Assembly: GCA_016180645.1 (NCBI GenBank)
Contig: JACPAV010000040.1
Location: 1 to 51,585 of the forward strand
Length of the DNA: 51,585 bases
DNA from: Nitrospirota bacterium
GTDB lineage: Bacteria; JACPQY01
Direction: 5' to 3'
Positions 1 through 9,490 of the stretch are shown here, one piece after another. Numbering within the stretch: the first letter of the stretch is position 1; each line of letters starts with the position of its first letter. The position numbers and the translations under genes were made by a program. The notes beneath the pieces are model-generated. The model was not told the DNA's origin. It saw only the letters and a list, made by a program, of their open reading frames with translations, and did not search any database.

Positions 1-27
1 CCGCGTCAACCGAATCGTTCTGGCCAT
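1..27 (-). CDS. 5' start of a gene running off the window (MARTIRLTR...)
   Basis: Minus-strand ATG at 27 with AAGGAGG (32-38) just upstream; frame is open to the window edge. Confidence 0.5.
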
Positions 28-71
28 GAACCCTCCTTGTTGAGGAGAGCATAGCAGATATGGAGAATATG

Positions 72-1070
72 TTAAAGTACATTAGTGGGCATATTTAGCT
101 CATTGTCTACACCGGTGCGTAGATTCCACACGCCAATACCCCGCCGTACCTGACCCCAGCTTGTCAAGCCTAGGGCGACTTTCTCGTTTGAGTCAATGAT
201 GCCGTCACTACATTCACCTGGGAACAACCCGATCAAAGGATCACATTTTAAGTCGGTTGACATTCGGGTGTCCGTGAACCAGTAGGCAAGCGTGTTTCCA
301 CCTAGAGAACTGAGACGATCCGAAATGGCAAGGCTGTTTGCCGTGCGTTCTTTCAAGCTCCTCGGTACAGACACCGCTGAGAGATCAGATAGGCGGAATA
401 CGCGATCGTATTGAAGGTATGCGTAGTCTCGTGACACCTTTATGGAACGTCCTTTTCCAAGGAACCTCGTCTGTCCTGTCCCTAGATCATGGACGTATAC
501 AGGGCTGGTGTCGAAGGGTGCACCTGGGTCTTCGAGGTATATGTCACTGTTCACGGCGTAGACGAGCCAATTCCCGCGTACCGCCCAATCGGTACTCCAG
601 GGATGGTGAAGATTCCCTTCGTATAGTTCAGGGTGCAAGGTCTCAAGTGCTACCAGCCTCAAGTCCAATTCTGGGAGAGACCAGACGCTAAAAGAACCCT
701 GCGCGTTTTTCCCCACGATTGAATTGCGGCTCAAGCCGAGAGGGGAAATTTGCAGCCGGATTTGTCTACCGGGAACACCTCTCTCATCTTCGCCTTTCCA
801 TTTCATGGTGAGGCTGTCCACAGTTAGAACATCATCGCTCGTAAGGTCCTTAACAAGAATACTGTACCGAACTAACTCCGGTGAAATGATTTCCCCCTCC
901 GTCCATGCGGCATACGGCCAAGCAATTCGAACCGCATTGTCGTTACTCGCCCAGAATCTAAGGGGGATGAATCTCTTTCCCTCACTGTCGTCCCCACAGG
1001 AGGACCAGAGTGCAGCGGCCAATACAATAGAATAGCTCTTCCTAATCTTCCTCCAAACGCCGCGATCCAC
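72..1070 (-). CDS. Hypothetical lipoprotein, possibly beta-rich/propeller-like
   Basis: 332-aa ORF; basic N-terminus, hydrophobic stretch and WSSC lipobox-like motif; visibly more AT-rich than neighbours. Confidence 0.6.
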   Translation of the reverse strand: MDRGVWRKIRKSYSIVLAAALWSSCGDDSEGKRFIPLRFWASNDNAVRIAWPYAAWTEGEIISPELVRYSILVKDLTSDDVLTVDSLTMKWKGEDERGVPGRQIRLQISPLGLSRNSIVGKNAQGSFSVWSLPELDLRLVALETLHPELYEGNLHHPWSTDWAVRGNWLVYAVNSDIYLEDPGAPFDTSPVYVHDLGTGQTRFLGKGRSIKVSRDYAYLQYDRVFRLSDLSAVSVPRSLKERTANSLAISDRLSSLGGNTLAYWFTDTRMSTDLKCDPLIGLFPGECSDGIIDSNEKVALGLTSWGQVRRGIGVWNLRTGVDNELNMPTNVL

Positions 1071-1170
1071 CGCTCAAGAGGGGGGGGTGGGGTCAGGCAT
1101 GGGGGTTGACAAGTTTTGAGCACGCACCGGAAAGGAAGTTCAAGGCTTTCAACTCAGCATGACAGCGTTC

Positions 1171-1425
1171 TCATGCAGCGAGCGATTTGCGCCCCCGCAG
1201 AACAACCATGTCCATAACCTGGCTCGTGGAATAGTCAAAAATTTTCCGCCGGCAATGGCCACACCGCTCGTAGGGAAGATCAACAAAAGTATGAACCTTC
1301 CCGCCCACGCGGAGGCGAATGGTCCCCCGTTGGTACCGTAGCGCCTTTGCCCCGCAGAGCGGACAATACTGTACTGCCCTGCTAGATGGAACGCTTCGAC
1401 GAGATAAAGACATAGAATACTTCAT
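1171..1425 (-). CDS. YgiT/MqsA-type zinc-finger protein (putative antitoxin); true start may be slightly downstream
   Basis: CPLCG...PYERCGHC with typical YgiT spacing; directly downstream of a small toxin-like ORF. Confidence 0.75.
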   Translation of the reverse strand: MKYSMSLSRRSVPSSRAVQYCPLCGAKALRYQRGTIRLRVGGKVHTFVDLPYERCGHCRRKIFDYSTSQVMDMVVLRGRKSLAA

Positions 1426-1684
1426 CCCCCGCTATCTTGCGGATGACTCCTTTGGTGTAAATCCACATTCCCGAGTAGTTCGGGCTCTCAATGACATACA
1501 GCTTCTCATGCGCCAAGATTGGTGACTTGGAACGAAGCGTCTTCTTGATGGCGTTGGCATTTACGATGGATTCTACAACATCTTCGACGGACAGACCATC
1601 CCGAAGCCGCTCGATTTCCGCCTTGTCCGTGAACTGAAGTTTCCGGGCGATGGCAAGTTTCTTTATCTTGGCAAGCGGACTCAC
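1382..1684 (-). CDS. Putative RelE/MqsR-like (DUF4258-like) toxin
   Basis: 100 aa, FTDKAEIERLRDGLSVEDVVESI motif, basic, paired with a YgiT finger. Confidence 0.65.
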   Translation of the reverse strand: MSPLAKIKKLAIARKLQFTDKAEIERLRDGLSVEDVVESIVNANAIKKTLRSKSPILAHEKLYVIESPNYSGMWIYTKGVIRKIAGDEVFYVFISSKRSI

Positions 1685-2142
1685 GTACAGATCCTACCAC
1701 CGGACTCTACCCCTGTCGTCCTCGTAGCTACCCTGCGTGCCCATCTTGCTATTCAGAATGGGGGCGTAGCCAGAAGGCGGGTGCGAATTCCGGGGCCTCA
1801 GGGCCCAGGGACGGCGTTCTCGGCCTTTCCGCGCTCCTCCGCTCCTCGATCCATCACCCAGCGTGTGGCTCGGCGCCCCGGCGCGCATGATCCCACCACC
1901 TGCAATCCGCCTGCGGCGGACTCGGAAGAGAGCCGCTTGCGCGCCCGTTTGAGGTGGTGGGATGATGAGGAGAAGTTCCCGGTCGGCGCTCGACATTCTT
2001 CCCATGTGTCACATCCGTGGAAATCCGGCACATGGACAGAAGGCTGGCGGTCAACTCTCGACCACACCGCAGGGTGCGGATTCCAATGCGGCTCAGCCGC
2101 CTGACCGGGTATGTTCCGAACCGGCTCCACGGACGGTTTGAT

Positions 2143-2511
2143 TCAGGCTTGGATCGCTTGAACAGGGACGAGGCGCTTTCCATGGAGATCCACGTCCACG
2201 CTTGCATCGTCCATGGTATTCGTGCCGAGCAGAGGGAGATCCGCCTCATTTGCAAACACGACCGTGGTGCCGACCCATCGATCCAAGACCTTCACCTCGC
2301 ACGGGCCGAAGGATCGCTCGATGATGCTGCCATCTGCCATTTGCAGCTTTAGCGCGCCGCGAACCGGGACCTTGAGGCGCTCCAAGAGATTCTTCGGGAG
2401 GGAGGTATAGGCGGCGCCGGTATCGACCAACACTTCAATTTCCTCACCTTTTCCGGGACCGCCGTTCCCCCAGCCTCCGACGCTGATTTTCGTGGTGAAG
2501 GGCCGTGCCAT
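2143..2511 (-). CDS. Clan AA (retropepsin-like) aspartic protease
   Basis: LVDTGAAYTSLP catalytic motif, MADG flap and PLLG C-terminal motif; start chosen at MARPF. Confidence 0.85.
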   Translation of the reverse strand: MARPFTTKISVGGWGNGGPGKGEEIEVLVDTGAAYTSLPKNLLERLKVPVRGALKLQMADGSIIERSFGPCEVKVLDRWVGTTVVFANEADLPLLGTNTMDDASVDVDLHGKRLVPVQAIQA

Positions 2512-2853
2512 CTGTTTGAGTTTACACCCCGTGCAGGTCGCCGGCAACGCGGAAAAGGGGGCATTCATCATTTCCCAATTCATGCCGGCTCATCACAAAG
2601 CAGAGACGAAAAAGAAGAATGCCCCCTTTCTGTTTTGCAACGAGGGGTATTCTCGACATTGTGACTCTGTCACGCGGATGTGAATCCTTCGCGCAGCGCA
2701 TAACCCTCGGTTCAATCGTCCATTTCTGAACCGGCGTTACTGCCGAACGAAGCCCTTCGTCGCTCTGTCGTGAATCGCCCTCTCGCACTCCCGCGGCATG
2801 GGTCGTAACACCCTGAACCATCGCCCTTCACGGGAAACCCCATCTTCGTCTGA

Positions 2854-2868
2854 CGGCACGATTCCTGC
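2854..2868 (+). promoter_or_regulatory. Sigma54 (-24/-12) promoter of the cytochrome/Qrc-like operon
   Basis: CGGCACG-ATTC-CTGC, GG-N10-GC spacing, about 55 nt upstream of the 2924 ATG. Confidence 0.6.
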
Positions 2869-2923
2869 GAACTCCTAGTGGAAGCAAGGTGATGGAAATT
2901 CTCTTGGCGAAGGAGGTTTGTAA

Positions 2924-3343
2924 ATGAAATATCTGTCGTCACTGATCATTGTACCCATGCTCCTGCTGCCGGCCTTGGCCAAGGCCGGCCCCGACCCGAA
3001 GGAGGTCTTCTCGAGCAAGTGCTCCAAGTGCCACTCGATGAAGCTGGACAAGATCGACAAGAAGGTCTCCAAGGCGGGGAAACGGGCGAAAGGGCCCGAC
3101 CTCTCCGGAGTGGGACTCAAGTACGAGGAGGCTTGGTTCTCGAAATGGCTGAGCAAGGAAGTGGAGAAAGACTCCCTGTACCAGCAGGGGAAGAAGATCA
3201 AACACAAGAAGAACTTCAAGAAAGAGGGAGAGGAAACCCTTAAGGCGATGGCCACCTGGCTCAGCCAGCACAAGACGAAGGTGGAGGTTTCTCCCGAGGA
3301 GGAGGGTGCAGCCGAGGAAGAGGAAGAAGAAAAGGAAGAGTAG
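2924..3343 (+). CDS. Periplasmic monoheme cytochrome c, Lys-rich with acidic tail
   Basis: Signal peptide, CSKCH, GPDL motif, AAGGAGG RBS. Confidence 0.85.
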   Translation: MKYLSSLIIVPMLLLPALAKAGPDPKEVFSSKCSKCHSMKLDKIDKKVSKAGKRAKGPDLSGVGLKYEEAWFSKWLSKEVEKDSLYQQGKKIKHKKNFKKEGEETLKAMATWLSQHKTKVEVSPEEEGAAEEEEEEKEE

Positions 3344-3355
3344 TCCCTCTTATTC

Positions 3356-3844
3356 ATGATGTCACAGACTGTAGGCCGGATCATGCTCGCGCTCCCTTTG
3401 TTCCTACAGGCTTGCAGTCGGCCGGTCAGCCAGCCCGTTGCGTACAACCACAAGGTCCACGTGGCCGGGGAAGAGATGGAGTGCAAAGAATGCCACGCGC
3501 GCGTCGAAATCGGTTTTCAGGCCACTCTTCCCGAACTCTCCGCGTGCGAGGACTGCCACTTGGAAGCACAAGGGGAAGGTCCCGAAGAAGCGAAGGTGGT
3601 ACAGGCGGTAAATGACGCCGAACCGATCGGTTGGGAACGGGTGTACGCGGTGCCGGACCACGTTTTCTTCTCGCATCGACGGCACGTGAAAGTCGGCGAA
3701 ATCGATTGCGTGGAATGCCATGGGGAGGTTCGGGATCGGACTCACCCCTTCACGGTCGCCACGCCGCCCATTTCCATGTCCCGGTGTATCAACTGCCACC
3801 GGGCGAAGAACGCCTCAACCGATTGCGCAGCTTGCCACCGATGA
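3356..3844 (+). CDS. Pentaheme cytochrome c, QrcA/ActA-like
   Basis: Five CxxCH motifs; QPVAYNHKVH and VPDHVFFSHRRH motifs; LQAC lipobox-like. Confidence 0.9.
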   Translation: MMSQTVGRIMLALPLFLQACSRPVSQPVAYNHKVHVAGEEMECKECHARVEIGFQATLPELSACEDCHLEAQGEGPEEAKVVQAVNDAEPIGWERVYAVPDHVFFSHRRHVKVGEIDCVECHGEVRDRTHPFTVATPPISMSRCINCHRAKNASTDCAACHR

Positions 3845-5904
3845 AACGGAGGGATTTCCTCGGCGTGGTGGCTGCATCCGCGGCGGCCTCCACCGCATGC
3901 CATGAAATTAACCTCCAGCGGATCGTGGGAGACGTGCCGGTTCGGCCGGCGCCGTCGCTCCGCCCCGGAATCGAAAAATACGTGGAGACCCTCTGCGGGG
4001 CCTGCGCCGCCGGCTGCGGGATCAGGGTCCGTGTGGTGGATGGCAATGCGGTCCAGGTCGAAGGCCTGAAGGACCATCCGGTCAATGATGGAGGCATCTG
4101 CCCGCGGGGCGCGGCCGAGATCCAGAATCTCTACCACCCGGCCCGGCTGTCTCAGCCGCTCCTTCGAAAGTCAAAACAGGAGCCGATGGAGGGCGTCCCC
4201 TGGGACGCCGCCTTGGCAGCGGCCTCCCTTGAGCTGCGCGCTGCGCAAGAAAGGCGGGCGGGCATTCTGTTCGTCGTGGGACCCACGGCGTCGCCGGCGG
4301 AAGTTGAGGTCGTCACGCGCATGGTCCAGGAACTGCGCGGCGCCGGTGTGGTCCGTCTCGCGGTACCCATGTACGAATTACCCGAAGATGCTTTTCGCCT
4401 CATGCTCGGGGTGGAAAACGCGCGATACGACTTACCCCGCGCGGAGTACATCCTGACGATCCAGTCGGATTGGCTGCAAGCCTCTCATTCCCCCATCGAG
4501 ATGCAGAGAACCTTTGCCGAACTCCGCCGATCGCGCTCCGATCGGCGGATCCGCATGGTTCACGCCGGCAGCCGTCTTTCGATCACGGCGCTCAAATCGG
4601 ACAGGTGGATTCCGATCCGTCCGGAGGGCGGGGCCGCTTTCGCCCATTCCATCGCCGCGGTGCTGCTGGAGAAGGGACGGCACGATCCCAAGGCCGAGTC
4701 CTTGAAAGGTTTTGGGAACTACCGAGAATGGGTTCTTTCGAGATTTGGGGGCGACAACCTTGGGCTGGAATGCGGGGTCGAACCCGAATCCATCCGCGAG
4801 GTCGCCGAGGAGTTTGGGAATCGTCGCCCCGCGATTGCCGTGGGCCGGCGAGGCAGCTTGGCCGAGCAATGCGCCGTAACCGCACTGAATCTGGTGGTGG
4901 GATCTATCGGCGTGGCGGGAGGTATTCTGCCGGGGGGCCGTGTTCCCATCCAAGCCGCTGCTTACTCCACCTCGCCCTCTGCGGATGGCTATCCTGCGGA
5001 GGTGACGGAAGGTAAACGGCCGTCGCCCCAAGTCGTAATACTCTACAAGGCGAATCCTCTTTTTGGCCTGGCCGATTCGACGGCCTGGAGCCGTCTGCTC
5101 GGTTCAGCGTCGATTCGCACTATTGTTCTCGGCTCTTTCGAAGACGAATCCGCCCGGACCGCCGATCTTGTTCTGCCCCTGTCCACACCCTTGGAGAGCC
5201 GCCAGTTCCGTTGGGGGATGACGTTTTCGAGAGAGCCGGTGCTCAGTGTCGGACCGGCCGCGCTTCCGCCTCTCCACGCTACGCGCAGCGGAATGGATGT
5301 CCTTTTCGATTTGGCCGGTCGGAGTGGGAGCAAGTTGCCGTGGGGAAACAGTGAGGAGTTTGTCAACCGGCTCTTGGCCGAGGCAGGGGCCGAAAGCCTC
5401 GCGAAAAAGGGCGGTACGTGGGCCTTCCCCGCCGAGTCCGCGAGGCCGGCAGGCTCCGCGAGATTCGTATTGGGTCCCCCCCCGGTTCCGGAATCGAAAG
5501 GGGCCGGGAAGAAGCTGCGCCTTGATGTTTACCCCCTCCTCGCTTTCCCGTACGGCGAAGGGGCACATCTGCCCTATCTCCACGGACTCACGGCGCCCAG
5601 CGGGCGCGAGGTGTGGTCGAGTTGGGTGGAAATCCATCCGGAAACCGCCGCTCAGCACGGCATTCAAGACGGAGACCGCGTTGAGGTGCGCTCCGACCTC
5701 GGCGCTCTTACAACCGTGGCGCGGGTCGCCCACGGTATCCATCCCTCCGCGGTGGCGATGCCGCTCGGCCTCGGTCGAAAAGCCCTTGGCGTGTTTGCAG
5801 ACGGACACGGCGCCGATCCCACCGCACTGCTGGCGCCCTCATTGGACCCGGATACGCGTCGGCACACCTGGGAAGGGACTCAAGTTGAAGTGAGGAAAAT
5901 CTAG
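3841..5904 (+). CDS. Molybdopterin-oxidoreductase-family subunit, QrcB/ActB1-like, Tat lipoprotein
   Basis: MKRRDFLG twin-arginine signal then STAC; CGACAAGC...C Fe-S motif; C-terminal WVEIHPETA...GDRVEVRS domain; ATGA overlap with the upstream gene fixes the start at 3841. Confidence 0.9.
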   Translation: MKRRDFLGVVAASAAASTACHEINLQRIVGDVPVRPAPSLRPGIEKYVETLCGACAAGCGIRVRVVDGNAVQVEGLKDHPVNDGGICPRGAAEIQNLYHPARLSQPLLRKSKQEPMEGVPWDAALAAASLELRAAQERRAGILFVVGPTASPAEVEVVTRMVQELRGAGVVRLAVPMYELPEDAFRLMLGVENARYDLPRAEYILTIQSDWLQASHSPIEMQRTFAELRRSRSDRRIRMVHAGSRLSITALKSDRWIPIRPEGGAAFAHSIAAVLLEKGRHDPKAESLKGFGNYREWVLSRFGGDNLGLECGVEPESIREVAEEFGNRRPAIAVGRRGSLAEQCAVTALNLVVGSIGVAGGILPGGRVPIQAAAYSTSPSADGYPAEVTEGKRPSPQVVILYKANPLFGLADSTAWSRLLGSASIRTIVLGSFEDESARTADLVLPLSTPLESRQFRWGMTFSREPVLSVGPAALPPLHATRSGMDVLFDLAGRSGSKLPWGNSEEFVNRLLAEAGAESLAKKGGTWAFPAESARPAGSARFVLGPPPVPESKGAGKKLRLDVYPLLAFPYGEGAHLPYLHGLTAPSGREVWSSWVEIHPETAAQHGIQDGDRVEVRSDLGALTTVARVAHGIHPSAVAMPLGLGRKALGVFADGHGADPTALLAPSLDPDTRRHTWEGTQVEVRKI

Positions 5905-6632
5905 TGTCAACCACCGCGCCCGATTCCCATGCAAAGAACAACGGTGGAAAGCACCGATGGGGAATGGTCATCGACCTCGATCGATGCACGGCGTGCGGGG
6001 CGTGCGCCGTGGCGTGCGCCCAGGAAAATAACGCTCCGTTCGGATCACCCACGGACAGTCCGGAGACGCGTGTCATCCGGTGGATGGAAGTTCTGCGCGC
6101 CGCGCAGGACGGAAATCACAACGCGACCGTGCGCATGATCCCGATGCCCTGTCAGCATTGCGAACACCCGCCGTGCACCAAGGTCTGCCCCGTCTATGCG
6201 ACGTATCGGAACCCGGAAGGTCTCGTGCCGCAAATCTACTATCGCTGCATCGGGTGCCGGTATTGCGTGAACGCGTGCCCCTACACCTGCAAATACTTCA
6301 ACTGGACTGAGCCCGAATGGCCCGAAACCTCCGTCCGGGGCCTCAACCCGGATGTCTCCATCCGGCACAAAGGCGTGACGGAGAAGTGCAACTTCTGCAT
6401 GCACCGGCTCCAGCGAGCGAAAGACGACGCGGCCGCGGAAGGCCGGGCGATTCAGGATGGAGACTACCGCACGGCTTGCCAACAGGCCTGCCCCGCGAAG
6501 GCGATCACGTTCGGAAACCTGGATGATCCGTCCACTCAGGTTGCCCGGGCGGCCGAGAGCCCGCGGACGACCCACTTGCTGGAAGACTTGGGCACCGAGC
6601 CGAAGGTCTACTATCTGAGGGAGGGCGCATGA
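5904..6632 (+). CDS. 4Fe-4S ferredoxin subunit, QrcC/ActB2/NrfC-like
   Basis: WGMVIDLDRCTACGACAVAC, CQHCEHPPCTKVCP, CIGCRYCVNACP, KCNFC...CQQACP. Confidence 0.95.
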   Translation: MSTTAPDSHAKNNGGKHRWGMVIDLDRCTACGACAVACAQENNAPFGSPTDSPETRVIRWMEVLRAAQDGNHNATVRMIPMPCQHCEHPPCTKVCPVYATYRNPEGLVPQIYYRCIGCRYCVNACPYTCKYFNWTEPEWPETSVRGLNPDVSIRHKGVTEKCNFCMHRLQRAKDDAAAEGRAIQDGDYRTACQQACPAKAITFGNLDDPSTQVARAAESPRTTHLLEDLGTEPKVYYLREGA

Positions 6633-8296
6633 GATCCATTTCTCCACCGGCGCCCGCATACCTCAAGCCGCCCGTTTTTCTCCCGCCGACCCCCGCCTAC
6701 ATGCCTCCACCCGGGTTTGGCGCGCGGCGAGACTGGGCGTTCTACGTTCAGGCCGGAGGCTTGGTCGGGTTCTGGGGGTTCGCGCTGACGGTGGTGGGCT
6801 GGTTTGCCTGGCGCGCGTTCACGTTGCACCGGCTTGGGGACATCTGGCTGCCGGCCGTCTTCATCGGTTCGCTGGTAGGAGGCGTTTTCCTGCTTCTCGC
6901 CTCGGTCCTGACCTACACCTTCCTCGCCTTGGGCGCCAAAGGATCGAAATCCTATTCCGTGCCGACATTGGAACCGGGAGAAGAGGTCCTGCTGGCCCCC
7001 ATCCTCGGGAAACCGAGCCCCGCTTTTTGGGTGGCGGTTCTGGTCCTCGGCTCCGTGGCCCTGGCGGCCCTCTATGCGTTCAGCCGCCAATTGCAATATG
7101 GCTTGGGCGTGACGGGCCTTGGCCGGCCCGTCTTCTGGGGCTTCTACATCATCAATTTCATCTTCTTTATCGGCATCAGCCACGCGGGCACGCTGATTTC
7201 AGCCATTCTCCGAATCTCCCAGGCCGAGTGGCGCCGCGCGATCACCCGCTCCGCGGAAGTCATCACCGTTCTTGTCCTGTTCTTCGGCGCGGGGAACATC
7301 ATTCTCGACATGGGTCGTCCGGACCGCCTCCTGAACGTCTTCCGATTCGGACGGCTCGAATCCCCGCTCCTGTGGGACGTGTGCAGCATCACCACCTACC
7401 TGACCGGCTCCACCATCTACCTCTACCTTCCGCTCATTCCGGACATTGCGTTCCTCCGGGGCCGTGTTCAAGGATGGCGGCGGCATCTCTACCATCTCCT
7501 CTCTTTTGGGTGGGAGGATACGCCGGAACAAAGGGCGGTCATCGAGCGGGTGATTGCCGTCATGGCCGTCGTGGTCATCCCGGTGGCTATCTCCGTCCAT
7601 ACCGTCGTGTCGTGGGTCTTCTCCATGACGCTGAAACCGATGTGGCATTCCACCATCTTCGGCCCGTACTTCGTCGTCGGAGCCATCTACTCCGGCATCG
7701 CCGCACTTCTCATTGCCATGGCCATCCTCCGGAAGGCGTACCACCTCGAGGACTTCCTGAAGCCCGTCCATTTCAACTACCTGGGGATCCTGATGCTGGT
7801 CATGACCTGCCTGTGGTTCTACTTCACCTTCGCGGAGTTTCTCACGACTTACTTCGGCGGCGTCCCGTCAGAACTGTCCATCTTTTTCTCCAAGATCGGA
7901 GGATCGTTCTCGTGGCCCTTCTGGGCGATGGTGGCATGTTGTTTCCTTCTGCCCTTCACCATACTGGTCCGCGGGAAGGGGCGTTCCGTGGCGGGGTGCG
8001 TGGGGGCCTCCATTTTCGTCGTGATCGGAATGTGGCTGGAGCGCTTCGTCATCATCGTCCCCTCCGGTGTTCGGCCGATGCTTCCCTATCCGCAAAGCCA
8101 CTACATGCCGAGTTGGGTGGAGATTCTTCTCTTTGCCGGGTGCATCTCGGGCTTCTGCCTGCTGTACGTCCTTTTCAGCCGGTTCTTCCCCATCGTCTCC
8201 ATCTGGGAAGTCCGGGAAGGGCGACACCTCGCCGCGGGGGAAGTGGCGAAGCGTGTCCGAACCTATTTCCCGGGGCAAAAAGCGGCATCGGAGTAG
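6629..8296 (+). CDS. NrfD/PsrC-family membrane quinone-interacting subunit, QrcD/ActC-like, with N-terminal extension
   Basis: WGFYIINFIFFIGISHAGTLISAILR, DMGRP, SPLLWD, WHSTIFGPYFVVGAIYSG, GMWLERF motifs. Confidence 0.92.
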   Translation: MRSISPPAPAYLKPPVFLPPTPAYMPPPGFGARRDWAFYVQAGGLVGFWGFALTVVGWFAWRAFTLHRLGDIWLPAVFIGSLVGGVFLLLASVLTYTFLALGAKGSKSYSVPTLEPGEEVLLAPILGKPSPAFWVAVLVLGSVALAALYAFSRQLQYGLGVTGLGRPVFWGFYIINFIFFIGISHAGTLISAILRISQAEWRRAITRSAEVITVLVLFFGAGNIILDMGRPDRLLNVFRFGRLESPLLWDVCSITTYLTGSTIYLYLPLIPDIAFLRGRVQGWRRHLYHLLSFGWEDTPEQRAVIERVIAVMAVVVIPVAISVHTVVSWVFSMTLKPMWHSTIFGPYFVVGAIYSGIAALLIAMAILRKAYHLEDFLKPVHFNYLGILMLVMTCLWFYFTFAEFLTTYFGGVPSELSIFFSKIGGSFSWPFWAMVACCFLLPFTILVRGKGRSVAGCVGASIFVVIGMWLERFVIIVPSGVRPMLPYPQSHYMPSWVEILLFAGCISGFCLLYVLFSRFFPIVSIWEVREGRHLAAGEVAKRVRTYFPGQKAASE

Positions 8297-8304
8297 ACAC
8301 GGAA

Positions 8305-8559
8305 ATGGAACCGACCCGCCGCGCGTTCCTCGCTTTGATCTTTCCATCGAGGCTAAACCTCGATGGCCGCCATCGAGGCTTAGCCTCGGGGTCTGAGCAG
8401 AGGTGTCCATCCTGCGGCGGGGAGAGCGCCGATTCATCCGTTCTCCGCGCGCTCCGCCGATCTTTCGGCATGAACATGACTGAATGGGCCGCGTACTGTG
8501 GATCGTGCAGACGATCCCGTGTGCGTGAGAGCCTCACACGACTGCATTTGACCATTTGA
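8305..8559 (+). CDS. Small CxxC...CxxC putative metal-binding protein (84 aa)
   Basis: Fills the gap between the NrfD-like and SPFH genes; CPSCG and YCGSCRR; seen only as the tail of a spurious long ORF in the track. Confidence 0.5.
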   Translation: MEPTRRAFLALIFPSRLNLDGRHRGLASGSEQRCPSCGGESADSSVLRALRRSFGMNMTEWAAYCGSCRRSRVRESLTRLHLTI

Positions 8560-8571
8560 AGGAGGTCTAGC

Positions 8572-9477
8572 ATGGGCATACATCTAGTCACACTTACGAT
8601 CGGGGCATTGCTCCTGGCCGCTGGAGCCGCCGCTTCGTTCCTGCTCGGGACGCCGCTCGGCATCGCCGGCGGGGTGATCGCCGCGGTTCTGTTCCTCATG
8701 GCGTTCCGCGTGGCCAAACAGTGGCAAAAAGCCGTGGTGCTCCGGATGGGAAAGTTCCAGGGCCTCAAGGGTCCGGGTTTTTTCGGCATCCTCCCCATCC
8801 TGGATGCCATCCCGTACTGGATCGACCTGAGAACGATCACCACGCCGTTCGCGGCGGAGCAGACTCTGACGAAGGATTCGGTACCCGTGGACGTGGACGC
8901 GGTCCTGTTCTGGCGGGTAGTCAATCCCGAACGTGCCGCATTGGAGGTGGAATCTTACGCGGACGCCGTCGCGTGGGCGGCTCAAACGGCCCTGAGGGAC
9001 GTGATCGGGAGCGCCGACCTGTCCGACATGATGGTCGGTCGCCAGAGAATCGATCGCGTGCTGTCCGAGATGATCGAAAGCCGCACCTCGCCGTGGGGCG
9101 TCCACGTCGTTTCGGTAGAACTCCGGGACGTGAAGATCCCGGCCAGCTTGCAGGATGCCATGTCCATGCAGGCCCAGGCCGAACGGGAAAGGCAGGCTCG
9201 CGTCATCCTCGGCGAGTCCGAGGTGCAAGTGGCCGCCAAGTTTGAAGCGGCCTCCAAGAGCTACGCCGACCACCCCGTGGCGCTCCACCTGCGCGCCATG
9301 AACATCCTCTTGGAAGGGATGCGCCAGAACTCGACGGTCATCATCGTTCCCTCCAGCGCGGTGGAAACGATGGGGTTGGGAGCCATGACGGGCCTGACGG
9401 CTTTGGCCAAGGAGTTCGCGGCGCCGCCCACGGACAAAGCCGCGTCGCTCAAACCAGCCGGCCCTCCGGGCCGCTGA
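8572..9477 (+). CDS. SPFH/stomatin (slipin family) protein
   Basis: QTLTKDSVPVDVDAVLFWRV, AQTALRDVIG, QAQAERERQARVI; GAAGGAGG RBS. Confidence 0.92.
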   Translation: MGIHLVTLTIGALLLAAGAAASFLLGTPLGIAGGVIAAVLFLMAFRVAKQWQKAVVLRMGKFQGLKGPGFFGILPILDAIPYWIDLRTITTPFAAEQTLTKDSVPVDVDAVLFWRVVNPERAALEVESYADAVAWAAQTALRDVIGSADLSDMMVGRQRIDRVLSEMIESRTSPWGVHVVSVELRDVKIPASLQDAMSMQAQAERERQARVILGESEVQVAAKFEAASKSYADHPVALHLRAMNILLEGMRQNSTVIIVPSSAVETMGLGAMTGLTALAKEFAAPPTDKAASLKPAGPPGR

Positions 9478-9490
9478 GGAGGGTACCGGG

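Noticed and set aside
1694-2130. ORFs between the toxin and the protease, including a faint HicB-like VPDFHGC string
   Set aside because: No coherent domain or convincing RBS; similarity too weak to call
2660-2674. TGTGA-N5-TCACG as a CRP/FNR site
   Set aside because: Spacing is one base short of the N6 consensus; may be an enhancer for the sigma54 promoter but unsupported
3631-3840. N-terminal 70 aa of the 757-aa track ORF
   Set aside because: Overlaps the pentaheme cytochrome gene; the twin-arginine signal and ATGA coupling place the start at 3841
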